A stretch of 64,000 nt of DNA from Faecalimonas sp. (GCA_045659705.1 JAZRCJ010000071.1:7810-71809); one strand, 5' to 3'; positions 29,325 to 39,959 are shown, counted from the first letter of the stretch. A program made the numbers and translations. Notes: generated from the sequence alone by a model not told the origin.

Positions 29325-31304
29325 TTATAGTTTTACGTATTTTTTGGAAACATACGCAGTTTTCTTCTTTCCCTTTACCGTAACAGAGAGTCGATACCAA
29401 CTACCCCTACTTCCTGTCACTGTCACTTTTGCGCCTTTTTTCACTGTTTTCACGACCGCGTACCTTGTGCTTGTACCTTTTCGCAAGTTGACTTTTGAGG
29501 CCGTTATTTTGCCGCTTTTTGCCGCACTTGTTTTTGCAGAAATCGTTGTGGAATACGAGCCATACACCTTGGTCTTACCAATTTTGTTATATGCTCTCAC
29601 TCTGTATTTATAAGTGGTAGATGCATTTAAACTGCCATTTGTGTAAGATAATGTACTTCCTTTTGTAATGGTCTTTTGTGTCTCATATGCTTTTTTCGAA
29701 GAATTGTATCGTTGTACCACATACCCGTCTGCGCCAGACACTTTACTCCAAGATAATTTAATCTTATCAAAGCTTGCTGATTTTTTCTTCACGGTTGGCT
29801 TTGCCACTTTTACTATCTCAACATAGGCCTTGCTGACATAGGCTGTTTTCTTTTTCCCTTTTATTGTGACAGATGTTTTATACCAATCGCCACTAATCCC
29901 CGTTAACGTCAACACGGTATCCTTTTTAAGGGTTGTCAGTTTTTTACTGGAAGTTGTAGCAGAAGCTCTCACATTTAAACTTTCTGCCATCACTCTTCCT
30001 TTTTCACTGGAAACTGTCTTTACTTTTATGGATTTGGAATACGGTCCATATAGTATGCTCTTTCCCTCTGTTCGATATGCTCGAACTTTGTAGGTATATG
30101 TGGTTCCCGCCGTCAACTTCTCATTCGTGTAAGTAACACTGTTTTTCCCTATGAGAGTTGCTTCTTTCACATATGCCTTTTCCCCAGAACTATATTTCCA
30201 GACTTCATAGCCCTCTGCCACATCAACTGCATTCCACTTTAAGGAAATCGTATCAAGCGTAGTATTTTCTTTAGAAACCGTCGTCTTTTTTGTAATCGCA
30301 GAATAGGCTGTTACAACTCTAGACGGCTCACTGTAACGTTCTTCTACATATGCTGCGCGAACCTGGTAAAAATACTTTTCATTTGCACTTGTCTTAGCAT
30401 CCGTATATCCAGTTCCAACACTGGCTTCTATGGTATCATACAGTTCAAACTCTGTATCTTCTGTCCTTCTGTAAATCTCATAAGAAATCGCATTCGTAAC
30501 GCTTTCCCATGTTAAATGAATCCCCGCAGAATCCACGCTATTAACTGCAAGTTCATTGACCTTGTTCTCGTTTGCCACATAGCGCACATTCATATCCACG
30601 TTTCCAGAAATGCCATCGACTTTACCACTGGAAGTATACTGCCAATATTGATATTCCCCTTCATAATTCGTCTTCTTTGTATAATGTGCTAACCAAATCG
30701 GATAAAACTGGCTGATAGCCGCTGCATTCAAGTCATCGTTTAACATACTTTTATTTGCATAAACCATCGGCTCGTATCCTGCATTTTTTATCCATTTACA
30801 AAACTCCAAACAGATATTTGTTCGCTGCACATCTGTTAACTTTGCTTTTTCTAGACGACCATTTGGATAATATTCAAAATCAAATACCACCGGAAGCTCC
30901 ACATCATATCCGTCTATTTTTTCTAGGATATACTCTGCCTCTGCTTTCGCTTCTTTTTCCGTAATCGCTTGAGAAAAAATATATACTCCAAATGGTATGC
31001 CCGCTTCTTTCGCCCCCTGCATATTTTCATATGCTTTTGTGTCTGTACCAAGTTTCCCACTTTCAGCAAAACGGTTTGCCACGCGAATAAAGGCAAACTG
31101 AATTCCGTCTGCCTTTACTTTTTTCCAATCAATTTTCCCTTGATGATAGGACACATCTATTCCGTGTTCCACAATTGCATCATCAAATTTGGGATTGTGC
31201 TTGATATCTGCCTTTACCGCTGCCACTGTAGGATACATTGGAAATACGGAAAATATCAGGCTGATAATCCATATCGCTATGATTGCTCTATATATTTTTT
31301 TCAT
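29325..31304 (-). CDS. GH25 muramidase (autolysin) with FN3 and SH3b domains
   Basis: GIDVSYHQG, DFE, WQYTSSG, VDMN; FN3 YxYRVRAY repeats; SH3b LNVR...WY. Confidence 0.9.
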   Translation of the reverse strand: MKKIYRAIIAIWIISLIFSVFPMYPTVAAVKADIKHNPKFDDAIVEHGIDVSYHQGKIDWKKVKADGIQFAFIRVANRFAESGKLGTDTKAYENMQGAKEAGIPFGVYIFSQAITEKEAKAEAEYILEKIDGYDVELPVVFDFEYYPNGRLEKAKLTDVQRTNICLEFCKWIKNAGYEPMVYANKSMLNDDLNAAAISQFYPIWLAHYTKKTNYEGEYQYWQYTSSGKVDGISGNVDMNVRYVANENKVNELAVNSVDSAGIHLTWESVTNAISYEIYRRTEDTEFELYDTIEASVGTGYTDAKTSANEKYFYQVRAAYVEERYSEPSRVVTAYSAITKKTTVSKENTTLDTISLKWNAVDVAEGYEVWKYSSGEKAYVKEATLIGKNSVTYTNEKLTAGTTYTYKVRAYRTEGKSILYGPYSKSIKVKTVSSEKGRVMAESLNVRASATTSSKKLTTLKKDTVLTLTGISGDWYKTSVTIKGKKKTAYVSKAYVEIVKVAKPTVKKKSASFDKIKLSWSKVSGADGYVVQRYNSSKKAYETQKTITKGSTLSYTNGSLNASTTYKYRVRAYNKIGKTKVYGSYSTTISAKTSAAKSGKITASKVNLRKGTSTRYAVVKTVKKGAKVTVTGSRGSWYRLSVTVKGKKKTAYVSKKYVKL

Positions 31305-31319
31305 TATCTAATCTCCCCA

Positions 31320-32693
31320 CTAATCGCGGAACTCCTTAAACACATATTTCTTATGAGAAGCACCGCCAAAACCTTCTGTACTATCTTTCTTCAACAACAC
31401 AATCACCGTCTGGAAGATAAGCTGAATATCTTTCAAAATGCTAAACTGTTCAATATACATCATATCCATAATCAGCTTGTCTTTCGGAGTCGTGTTATAC
31501 TTCCCTGCTATCTGCGCATACCCGGTAAGTCCCGCTTTCATACGAAGGCGATATTTGAATTCCGGGATGTCTTTCGTATACTCCATTACATTTTTCATCA
31601 TTTCCGGTCTTGGTCCCACAAAGCTCATGTCCCCCTTTAACACATTTAAGAGCTGTGGTATCTCGTCAATTCTTGTCTTTCTCAAGAACTTGCCCGGTTT
31701 TGTGATTCTGTCATCATCTTTTGTAGCAGAACGAATCTCTGCATCCACTTCCATTGTACGAAGCTTGTACACCTGAAACTTTTTCCCATTAATGGTGGCA
31801 CGTTCCTGTTTAAATAACACCGGACCGCCATCATATAATTTGATAGCCAACATTGCAATAAGCCATATCGGAGAAGTGAGAATTCCCAAAACCAATGGAA
31901 TAAAAATGTCCATCAATCGTTTTACAATTCTCTGTTCCATAGTCATTGCTTTTACATTCTTATTGATGAGGTAAAGATCATCCAGAACGTATTTTTCCGC
32001 ATTCATTCCCATTACGTCTTCTACATCCGGATTATAATATACATTCACTTTATATTTATAACACATGCGAAGGATTTCTGTTCTTCTCTCCACCGGCACA
32101 TCATAAGCAAATACTGTATCAGCGTGTTTGATATATTCCTTCAAATCGCTTCTTCGATAATCCAAGATTTCCTGAATGTTGTATTGTTTTTTAAATTTTC
32201 GAATTGCATATGCAATCTCATCCAAACTCTTTTGCGAGCTAGTTATGACGCAACATTTCTCCGGCTCATGAATCTTAAAAAACAACCAATTGCCTCCATA
32301 TGCGAAAACAACGATAAAAATCATCTGTGCCACATACGCCATAACCAAAAGTCCCACATTCTCAAAGCGAAACGTACGCACACTGGTGTTAACTCTCATG
32401 ATCATCAACTGCAAATACGTAATGACATCCGTACACAAAACAGCCAATGCCAAAGAATAAATAATCGGTTTACTCTTTCTTCGTCCTACATCGTATTTCC
32501 CATACACAGACAAGAATAATAACCCCACAATAACAAACGTGGATAAGGTAATACCAAATGTTCTGGAAAGTCTTGTAAGACCGATGCTGTTTTTTCCCAA
32601 AATCAACATAAAAATGAGCATTAGAGAAACATATAAAATTACTTTTATTGCAAGCCATAATGTCGTTTCAAACTTGTGTAAATGCTTTTTCAT
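31320..32693 (-). CDS. Polyprenyl-phosphate glycosylphosphotransferase (priming glycosyltransferase)
   Basis: N-terminal TMs; KRLMDI, YKLRTM, DDRIT, RKTRIDEIPQL, SFVGPRPE, GLTGYAQ. Confidence 0.92.
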   Translation of the reverse strand: MKKHLHKFETTLWLAIKVILYVSLMLIFMLILGKNSIGLTRLSRTFGITLSTFVIVGLLFLSVYGKYDVGRRKSKPIIYSLALAVLCTDVITYLQLMIMRVNTSVRTFRFENVGLLVMAYVAQMIFIVVFAYGGNWLFFKIHEPEKCCVITSSQKSLDEIAYAIRKFKKQYNIQEILDYRRSDLKEYIKHADTVFAYDVPVERRTEILRMCYKYKVNVYYNPDVEDVMGMNAEKYVLDDLYLINKNVKAMTMEQRIVKRLMDIFIPLVLGILTSPIWLIAMLAIKLYDGGPVLFKQERATINGKKFQVYKLRTMEVDAEIRSATKDDDRITKPGKFLRKTRIDEIPQLLNVLKGDMSFVGPRPEMMKNVMEYTKDIPEFKYRLRMKAGLTGYAQIAGKYNTTPKDKLIMDMMYIEQFSILKDIQLIFQTVIVLLKKDSTEGFGGASHKKYVFKEFRD

Positions 32694-32717
32694 CTATCTA
32701 CCCCATATCAATATCCG

Positions 32718-33635
32718 TTAAAACAATTTTCCCGGATATACTCCCTCATCTACCAATGCTCTGATAGATGCTACTACTGACTCTTTATCTTCTTTGTATG
32801 TAACGCCGAACCACTTGTCGTGTGACTGAAGCACTTTCACTTCTGCCTTTCCATCATGCAACAAGTCTCCTACGATTGTTGGAAGCAAATATTCTGCTTT
32901 CATACTATTATCTCCAACATTTTCTAGAAAACTACAAAATCCAGATTCTAATATTTCAAAAAACTCTGTACCAAGTGCCCACATATTCATAGAAACCGGT
33001 GATTTTACATCGATTTCCACGATTTCTTCTTCTGTACGCACAATAGCGCCATTTTCTGTTTTCTCAATGCCTTTTGTCTCCACGATATCTGTCAGCATAT
33101 GATGATCATCCACTTTGCAGATACCTCTGGTTACCGCGCCGTTTTCGCTCAAGGTATTTTCTAGCACAAAACCTACCATTCCGATTGGGCATTTGTCTTC
33201 ATTTTTTCCTTGTTCCTGCAAATATTTGAATGCTTCGACATAGGCCTGCTTTCCATAATAATCATCTGCGTTAATCACCAAGAATGGCTCTTTCACTACA
33301 TCCTTACAACAGAGAATAGCCTGTCCTGTTCCCCACGGTTTTGTTCTCTGTCCATACAAGGTATCGTATGGGCTTGGAATATCTGAAATTTCCTGGTAGG
33401 CATATGCCACCTCTACAACCTTTTCAATTCGTTCTCCGATAACTTCCTTAAAATCTTTTTCCAAATCTTTTCGGATTACAAAGACTACTTTATCAAACCC
33501 AGCTTCCATAGCATCATAAATAGAATAATCCATGATAATCTCACCATTTGGTCCCACTGGTTCTAACTGCTTGATACCGCCTCCAAAACGACTCCCAATA
33601 CCTGCCGCCATGATTACAAGTGTTGCTTTTGCCAT
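32718..33635 (-). CDS. Sugar-phosphate nucleotidyltransferase
   Basis: LVIMAAGIGSRFGG..KQL, KPWGTG, INADDYYG, WFGVTY. Confidence 0.85.
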   Translation of the reverse strand: MAKATLVIMAAGIGSRFGGGIKQLEPVGPNGEIIMDYSIYDAMEAGFDKVVFVIRKDLEKDFKEVIGERIEKVVEVAYAYQEISDIPSPYDTLYGQRTKPWGTGQAILCCKDVVKEPFLVINADDYYGKQAYVEAFKYLQEQGKNEDKCPIGMVGFVLENTLSENGAVTRGICKVDDHHMLTDIVETKGIEKTENGAIVRTEEEIVEIDVKSPVSMNMWALGTEFFEILESGFCSFLENVGDNSMKAEYLLPTIVGDLLHDGKAEVKVLQSHDKWFGVTYKEDKESVVASIRALVDEGVYPGKLF

Positions 33636-33653
33636 AATGTACTTCCTCCTATC

Positions 33654-35309
33654 TTATCTACACAATCTGTTCAATGCACTGAAAAATGCTCGAATTCCGG
33701 CTCTTGTGATGTTCGAACTTACTCCCACGCCATAAGTTTCTTTCCCTGTATTCTTATCTTCCATACAGATATAAGCTGCTGCTTTTGCGTTGGAGCCTTC
33801 TCCCAAGGAGTGCTGCGTATAATCCAAAATCTTCACATTTACATTTGTTGCTTCTTCTACTGCAATTCTTACTGCGTCCAACGGACCATTTCCAATTGCA
33901 TGTACAACCATATCTTTACCCTCGTGAGCAAAAGATAATTCTACTTTCGTATCTTTTTCTCCCGCATCTTCCGCCTTTGCTCGTATGAATTCATACGGCG
34001 TACGTAAGGTCAAATATTCTTTTTCAAACTCTTGCAAAATGGTCGCCGGGGCAACTTCTCCCTGGCGCTCAGCAATCGCCTGAATGACATCAGCAAATTC
34101 TTTATGCATCGCTTTTGGAAGTTTGAAGCCAAACTCGCTATCCATAATAAATGCCACGCCACCTTTTCCTGACTGACTGTTAATTCTGACAATCGGCTCA
34201 TATTCACGTCCTACGTCTGACGGGTCAATTGGAAGATATGGTACCTCCCACCAATCCTGATGACGTTCACGCATAGCTTTTACACCTTTGTTAATAGCAT
34301 CCTGATGGGAACCGGAAAATGCAGTGAATACTAACTTTCCTGCATATGGATGTCTCATCGGAACTTCCATCTTGCAACATCTTTCATATACTTCCTGAAT
34401 TTCCACAATATTGGTTAAATCCAGCTCCGGATTAATGCCCTGCGAGAACATATTATATGCCACTGTCAAAACATCTAAGTTACCGGTTCTTTCCCCATTT
34501 CCAAACAACGTTCCTTCCACACGGTCAGCTCCTGCCAAGAGTGCAAGCTCTGTCGCAGCAACTCCGGTTCCTCTGTCGTTGTGTGGGTGAATACTTAAAA
34601 TAATGGACTCTCTGTCTTTAAAATGCGTATGCATCCACTCGATTTGATCCGCATAGACATTTGGTGTCGTCATTTCCACTGTTGCCGGAAGGTTAATAAT
34701 CATCGGATGTTCCTTTGTAGGTTGCCATACTTCCTGCACAGCTTCACACACTTCCAACGCATAATCGAGTTCCGTTCCTGTGAAACTTTCTGGAGAATAC
34801 TCTAGCGTAACTTCTCCCGGGAACTGCGCCACACGCTCTTTTACCATCTTAGTACCTGCTATGGCAATCTCTTTAATCTCCTCTTTGCTCTTATGGAATA
34901 CCACATCTCTTTGCAAGGTAGATGTAGAGTTATAGATATGTACAACTGCCTTTTTCACGCCTTCCAACGCTTCAAAAGTACGGTCAATCAAATGCTCTCT
35001 ACACTGCACTAACACCTGAATTTTCACATCATCCGGAATTAATTTTCTATTTACTAATTCACGCAAAAAATCAAATTCAATCTGAGAGGCAGACGGAAAT
35101 CCCACTTCAATTTCACGGAAGCCTAATTTTACGAGAAGATTAAACATTTCAATTTTTTCTTCCACTACCATCGGCTCAATCAATGCTTGATTTCCATCTC
35201 GCAAATCTACGCTACACCAAATCGGTGCCTTTTCTATTTGCTTGTTCGGCCACTGTCTTTCCTTATAATCCATAACTGGAACTCTTCTATATTTCTCAAA
35301 ATTCAACAT
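33654..35309 (-). CDS. leuA: 2-isopropylmalate synthase
   Basis: WCSVDLRDGNQAL, HPHNDRG, GNGERTGN, AFSGSHQDAI, regulatory GNGPLDA. Confidence 0.95.
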   Translation of the reverse strand: MLNFEKYRRVPVMDYKERQWPNKQIEKAPIWCSVDLRDGNQALIEPMVVEEKIEMFNLLVKLGFREIEVGFPSASQIEFDFLRELVNRKLIPDDVKIQVLVQCREHLIDRTFEALEGVKKAVVHIYNSTSTLQRDVVFHKSKEEIKEIAIAGTKMVKERVAQFPGEVTLEYSPESFTGTELDYALEVCEAVQEVWQPTKEHPMIINLPATVEMTTPNVYADQIEWMHTHFKDRESIILSIHPHNDRGTGVAATELALLAGADRVEGTLFGNGERTGNLDVLTVAYNMFSQGINPELDLTNIVEIQEVYERCCKMEVPMRHPYAGKLVFTAFSGSHQDAINKGVKAMRERHQDWWEVPYLPIDPSDVGREYEPIVRINSQSGKGGVAFIMDSEFGFKLPKAMHKEFADVIQAIAERQGEVAPATILQEFEKEYLTLRTPYEFIRAKAEDAGEKDTKVELSFAHEGKDMVVHAIGNGPLDAVRIAVEEATNVNVKILDYTQHSLGEGSNAKAAAYICMEDKNTGKETYGVGVSSNITRAGIRAFFSALNRLCR

Positions 35310-35310
35310 G

Positions 35311-35574
35311 TTATTCACCCAAGCCTTCTTCTATGATTTTAAGCATTCCTTTCAACGCTTCTTCTTCATCACTGCCCTCACAGACCAATTCAATCTCATC
35401 ACCATTTTTTATACCGGAACCAAGTACTCCTAAAATACTCTTTGCATTGGTACTTCCATTCTCGAAATAAATACTAATCTTGCTTTGAAACTGAACTGCC
35501 GCATCACAAAGAATTCCCACTGGACGTAAATCTAGCCCTGTCAAATTCTTTAAAACCACTTTTTGTTTTACCAT
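35311..35574 (-). CDS. HPr-family phosphocarrier-like protein (Asp at the His15 position)
   Basis: GLDLRP and NAKSILGVL (Ser46) motifs, CEGSDEEEAL. Confidence 0.85.
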   Translation of the reverse strand: MVKQKVVLKNLTGLDLRPVGILCDAAVQFQSKISIYFENGSTNAKSILGVLGSGIKNGDEIELVCEGSDEEEALKGMLKIIEEGLGE

Positions 35575-35575
35575 C

Positions 35576-36844
35576 TTACTCTCCATTCACTGCTTCTTCT
35601 TGCTGCTCACTCAAGATAATCTCCACAGAAGCTCCTCCTGTATAGGTGCACCCATCAGGACAATCGATAATCTGTATTGCAACATCATAGCTACCCGCTT
35701 CTTTATATGTAGCCAAATCAATTGCTGTAATAACATTTTCCAATGTAAGTTTCTCTAAGTTTTCCGCGGACCCTTGGAAACGCAGTTCTACTTCCTGCTC
35801 AGGCCCATATGTGAGCAACAGATTCTCAGGCGCATTATTCACCTGCACAGAACGCACCGGCAATAAAAGCGTCTTCGTTCCACTCTTTTCCACAGAAATA
35901 TTCACAACAATACTACTGCTGTTTTCATCTGCTAATTGCACACCTTCCGGAAGGTATGGCGTAATATCAACTACCACTTCTTTGTTCTTCTTGAGTTTTT
36001 TCTGCTTTAATGCTTCCCCGCCAATCTCGAGCGTACGAAGCCCTTTCAATACATCTGGTGCACCATACACCGTAATCCGCTCCGGTTCAATCGTAATTCC
36101 TTTGAAAATGTAACCTGAAGCCATCTCTATCTCACTGGTGTCAAATTCCACCGAAAGCTCTTTTGTATCCAAAAGCTCAACTTGGACGCTAACACCTTTT
36201 TTATCACAGTTGCTTGACAACTGACTTTGGTCAATAATGTTTTCTGCAGAATCATAATAAATGACCTGTGCCTTTATATCTGTACTTTCTGAAAGTTCTG
36301 AAACATCAACTTTTGCCACAACTTTATGAATGCGCCCAATTAATGACTTTGGTCCGCTGATATCGATAGACTGTGGTTTTGCTGTTATCTCCCCAAGTAC
36401 ATAACCTTCTCTAACATTGCCTGTCGTAACCGGCACAATCGGGAAAGTCTTTTTCTGCGTATCTTCTGTTATCACTTGGATATTTTGTGGATTTGCACTT
36501 GCCTCCACATATAAACCTTCATATCCGTTAATCACAATTCGAACCGGAATGGAAGAATCCTGCATCTCGCGAAAATCTGCCGTAGCCTGAATATCAGAAA
36601 CACGAATTTGCTCTGCAATGGAACGTCTCGCCTTAATGGTAATCATTACATTCTGTGTATCATCTACAATATGATAACTCTTCCCGATATTTGTAATTAC
36701 TTCCGGGTGCGTAACGGTCACTGATGCACGGTACTTTTTGGTAACTACCGGATCATCCACGTTTGCAACTATCCACCATAAGAAAACCGCAAAAAGGACA
36801 GCCACAATTTTCAGACCAATATTATTTTTCCATCTGTCCTTCAT
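35576..36844 (-). CDS. cdaR: CdaR/YbbR diadenylate cyclase regulator
   Basis: N-terminal KIVAVLFAVFLW TM, YbbR-like repeats; overlaps cdaA. Confidence 0.88.
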   Translation of the reverse strand: MKDRWKNNIGLKIVAVLFAVFLWWIVANVDDPVVTKKYRASVTVTHPEVITNIGKSYHIVDDTQNVMITIKARRSIAEQIRVSDIQATADFREMQDSSIPVRIVINGYEGLYVEASANPQNIQVITEDTQKKTFPIVPVTTGNVREGYVLGEITAKPQSIDISGPKSLIGRIHKVVAKVDVSELSESTDIKAQVIYYDSAENIIDQSQLSSNCDKKGVSVQVELLDTKELSVEFDTSEIEMASGYIFKGITIEPERITVYGAPDVLKGLRTLEIGGEALKQKKLKKNKEVVVDITPYLPEGVQLADENSSSIVVNISVEKSGTKTLLLPVRSVQVNNAPENLLLTYGPEQEVELRFQGSAENLEKLTLENVITAIDLATYKEAGSYDVAIQIIDCPDGCTYTGGASVEIILSEQQEEAVNGE

Positions 36845-37703
36845 CTTTGCGTCTTCCTTTCTTGAATATGAACTTCTTGGTTTCCTCTGACTTATTTTGA
36901 ACAGAAAGTAGCTGCTCGCGCAACACTTCCGGCGTTATCTTTCTTGTTATCTTTCCTCCCAATGCATAGGACACATTTCCTGTCTCCTCTGAAACGACAA
37001 TTACCAACGCATCGCTCACTTCGCTCATACCTATGGCTGCACGATGTCTTGTTCCCAAATCTTTACTGATATCTATGTTGTCTGATAACGGCAAATAACA
37101 AGTCGCAGAGACGATGCGGTCACCTCTTATAATGACTGCACCATCATGTAATGGAGTATTATGTTCAAATATATTAATCAAAACCTGGCTTGACACAACA
37201 CAATCAAGGTGAATACCTGTACTTTGATATTCTGTCAGCATAATTTCACGTTCTACAACGATGAGTGCCCCTGTCTTTTCTCTGCTCATCTCATAACATG
37301 CTTTTACAATTCCTTCAATAGTAGTTTCCTGAAAACGGGCATTCTCTCCACTTCTATCAAATGGAACAACTATGCTAAGCAAATCCTTTTGTCCCAATTT
37401 TTCAAGGGCTCTTCTAAGCTCCGGCTGAAATACAACGACTGCAACCGTAGCAAGTACGCTAATGGAATTTTTAGCAATCCATAAAATTGTATTCATATTA
37501 AAAAGTGCCGCAATCAGAATGAACACAGCTAGTACCAAGATACCCTTTAAGAGCATCCATGCCTTTGTATTTTTTATCCAAATAATAATGTGATACGCCA
37601 ATATGGCAATAATAATAATCTCCAAAATATCTGTAATCTGTATATCCGGCAAATACCACTCGCCCATTAACATACGAGTAATTTCCCTTATTTTCTGGCC
37701 CAT
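36822..37703 (-). CDS. cdaA: Diadenylate cyclase CdaA/DacA
   Basis: Three TMs, FQPELRRALE, PLHDGA, LGTRHRAA. Confidence 0.95.
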   Translation of the reverse strand: MGQKIREITRMLMGEWYLPDIQITDILEIIIIAILAYHIIIWIKNTKAWMLLKGILVLAVFILIAALFNMNTILWIAKNSISVLATVAVVVFQPELRRALEKLGQKDLLSIVVPFDRSGENARFQETTIEGIVKACYEMSREKTGALIVVEREIMLTEYQSTGIHLDCVVSSQVLINIFEHNTPLHDGAVIIRGDRIVSATCYLPLSDNIDISKDLGTRHRAAIGMSEVSDALVIVVSEETGNVSYALGGKITRKITPEVLREQLLSVQNKSEETKKFIFKKGRRKDEGQMEK

Positions 37704-37733
37704 TCTGTCACCTCCACTCTTTATTCTTCACTA

Positions 37734-38780
37734 CTATTTGTTCAATTCTTCTTCTAAAATCTTCTGCAAATCAAATTCATCCGGGAAAGCATCATCAAAT
37801 GAAATACTTCCTGTTGTCTCTTTCACGGCTTCCGGCTTTAGCGAACGTGTTTCCTGACGTTCATTAATCTTTTTCACAGTCTTTTTCGGTGCAGCCACCG
37901 TAAGCTTCGGCACTGCTTTTACGTAATAGTAATATTCATCATCCTCAAACTGCAAGTATTCCGTACGGGAATAATCCACTGGGAATGCAAAAAACTCAAT
38001 CAAAAATGCCAACAACGCGGAAATCACTGTTCCTATAATCACCCATACCGGTGACAAATTTACATTTGCATCGATACTGATAAACAATAATACAATCATA
38101 TTCACAATGGAACCGGTAATAACTGCTATTTTCCATGCATTGTCACCGGACGTCTTACGAATGTTATATACAACCAACAAGCACACTGCAAAGGAAAGCA
38201 ACATAAACCACATCTCTTTATTGCCCAAAAGCTGCCCTGCATATGTAGTAAGCTGTCCCATGATTCCTAATTCTGTGGCATTTTCCAAAATCGCAGTGTA
38301 AGACTCTACATAGGATATGATGTAGTAAAATATCACTCCAAAACTCATAGCCAAAAGACAGGTCGGTGTATATAATAAACCGCAGGCAATCGGCACCAGC
38401 ATTGGTATTTTGAGCATAAACGCAATTGGCATCAAAAGAAGTAATATAGACTTCTTCGGGTCAAAACGAAAACAAAAAATAAACATAACCAAGAATACCA
38501 CTGCCACTACTGCGGCTATCCCTGGCGCTAAAACATACAATTGAACCAACGTATAAATGCACACCATAACAACTGTAATATTCATAGAAAGGAATGCACA
38601 AATCACCGATAGTGCAATTGCGACAAACGGATTTGCCGTCACTTTCAAAAACCCGATATTGGTATGGATAAACATAAAAACACAAAAAGCCACAACAAAG
38701 CGTACTGCTTTATCAATATAACTAGAATACTTTGTATAGAACCGCTGAATATTTTCTCTTTTTTCTACCAATCCATTCAT
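37734..38780 (-). CDS. Polytopic membrane protein of unknown function
   Basis: Many TM segments; C-terminal QFEDDEYYYYVKAVPK motif. Confidence 0.7.
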   Translation of the reverse strand: MNGLVEKRENIQRFYTKYSSYIDKAVRFVVAFCVFMFIHTNIGFLKVTANPFVAIALSVICAFLSMNITVVMVCIYTLVQLYVLAPGIAAVVAVVFLVMFIFCFRFDPKKSILLLLMPIAFMLKIPMLVPIACGLLYTPTCLLAMSFGVIFYYIISYVESYTAILENATELGIMGQLTTYAGQLLGNKEMWFMLLSFAVCLLVVYNIRKTSGDNAWKIAVITGSIVNMIVLLFISIDANVNLSPVWVIIGTVISALLAFLIEFFAFPVDYSRTEYLQFEDDEYYYYVKAVPKLTVAAPKKTVKKINERQETRSLKPEAVKETTGSISFDDAFPDEFDLQKILEEELNK

Positions 38781-39184
38781 TACAAGTTCTCCTTTTCGTA
38801 CAACTTTTCCAACATCAATAAATTATGGCAATATCTCTTTACCCTTTCTCTTGCCTCATCATGTTTTCTGCGATAAAATTTCTTCGTCCAAATGCTATAC
38901 AAAATCATAAAGGCAATATACAAAACTAGAACAATTGACACAATTACTATCAATTTTCCGATACTAAAATTCTCCATGAGTACTTCCAAAAATGTGATCC
39001 CCACCAGTGCCACAATCAAGCCATAACCGATTGTAATCCACAACAAAGATTTGATATGATTAAGTCCAATATAATCTTTTTTAAAGTACATACTGATTTC
39101 AATATCTTCTTTTCCTTCTTTTGTCTCATAAGATGCAAGCCTTGTCATGCGTCTTACTCGTCTTTCATCTAACATAAACGCCAC
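38780..39184 (-). CDS. Small membrane protein of unknown function
   Basis: Two TMs; stop codon overlaps the next start. Confidence 0.7.
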   Translation of the reverse strand: MAFMLDERRVRRMTRLASYETKEGKEDIEISMYFKKDYIGLNHIKSLLWITIGYGLIVALVGITFLEVLMENFSIGKLIVIVSIVLVLYIAFMILYSIWTKKFYRRKHDEARERVKRYCHNLLMLEKLYEKENL

Positions 39185-39235
39185 CTCTGTACTCGTTTTC
39201 TGTCATTTAAACATCATTTTCAGTATAACATATAT

Positions 39236-39943
39236 TTAGAAACCTTGTCCAATACTTATAGTCAAAAACCATACTTTTTCAGCACCTTTCTCCCTTAATT
39301 TGCCTGCAAGGGCATCAATTGTGCTACCTGTCGTATAAATATCGTCCACAATCAGTACATTTTTTTGCTTTTTCCAATGTTTTGTGACAAGAAATGCATC
39401 TTTTAAATTTCTTTTTCGACCACTCCTACCTAGCACCTTTTGCGGTGTGGTTTCTCCTACCCTTATAACTGCTTTTTTGTCAACCGAAATGTTGCATCTT
39501 CTCGACAACTCTTTTGCCAAAACCTCTGCCTGATTATATCCTCTTCTCCTTCTTCGCTTCTTGTGCAGCGGGACCGGAATGATGACATCTATCTTGCACC
39601 TTTCCATCCAATCCCCATACAAACGATAAAGCTCCTGTGCATAATAGGCGGCAAACCATCTTTTGTTGTGATACTTGAATTGATAAACAGATGTACTTAC
39701 AGGTTCCTTATGTAACCATACACTCTTCCCTTGCTCATAAGCAAACACTTGCCTACGACAATCATGGCAGTACTCATCTTCTTGAAACCGAATTGGTTTC
39801 CCGCACTTCTTACACCTTGGCTCCTCCACAAAAACAACCTTTTCCCTACATGTTTCACAGAGTGCTTCCCTACTAACCTTCCCACAAAAACAACATCTTT
39901 TGGGATATAAAAGATTTAGAATTGCAGTTCCTATTCTTCTCAT
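39236..39943 (-). CDS. comF: ComF family protein (zinc ribbons plus PRTase domain)
   Basis: Four CxxC pairs, PVPLH..RGYNQA, VDDIYTTGST. Confidence 0.9.
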   Translation of the reverse strand: MRRIGTAILNLLYPKRCCFCGKVSREALCETCREKVVFVEEPRCKKCGKPIRFQEDEYCHDCRRQVFAYEQGKSVWLHKEPVSTSVYQFKYHNKRWFAAYYAQELYRLYGDWMERCKIDVIIPVPLHKKRRRRRGYNQAEVLAKELSRRCNISVDKKAVIRVGETTPQKVLGRSGRKRNLKDAFLVTKHWKKQKNVLIVDDIYTTGSTIDALAGKLREKGAEKVWFLTISIGQGF

Positions 39944-39959
39944 CTACATCATGGACTCT

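Noticed and set aside
30969-31640. 223-aa plus-strand ORF and similar antisense ORFs throughout the window
   Set aside because: Shadow frames of confidently assigned minus-strand genes
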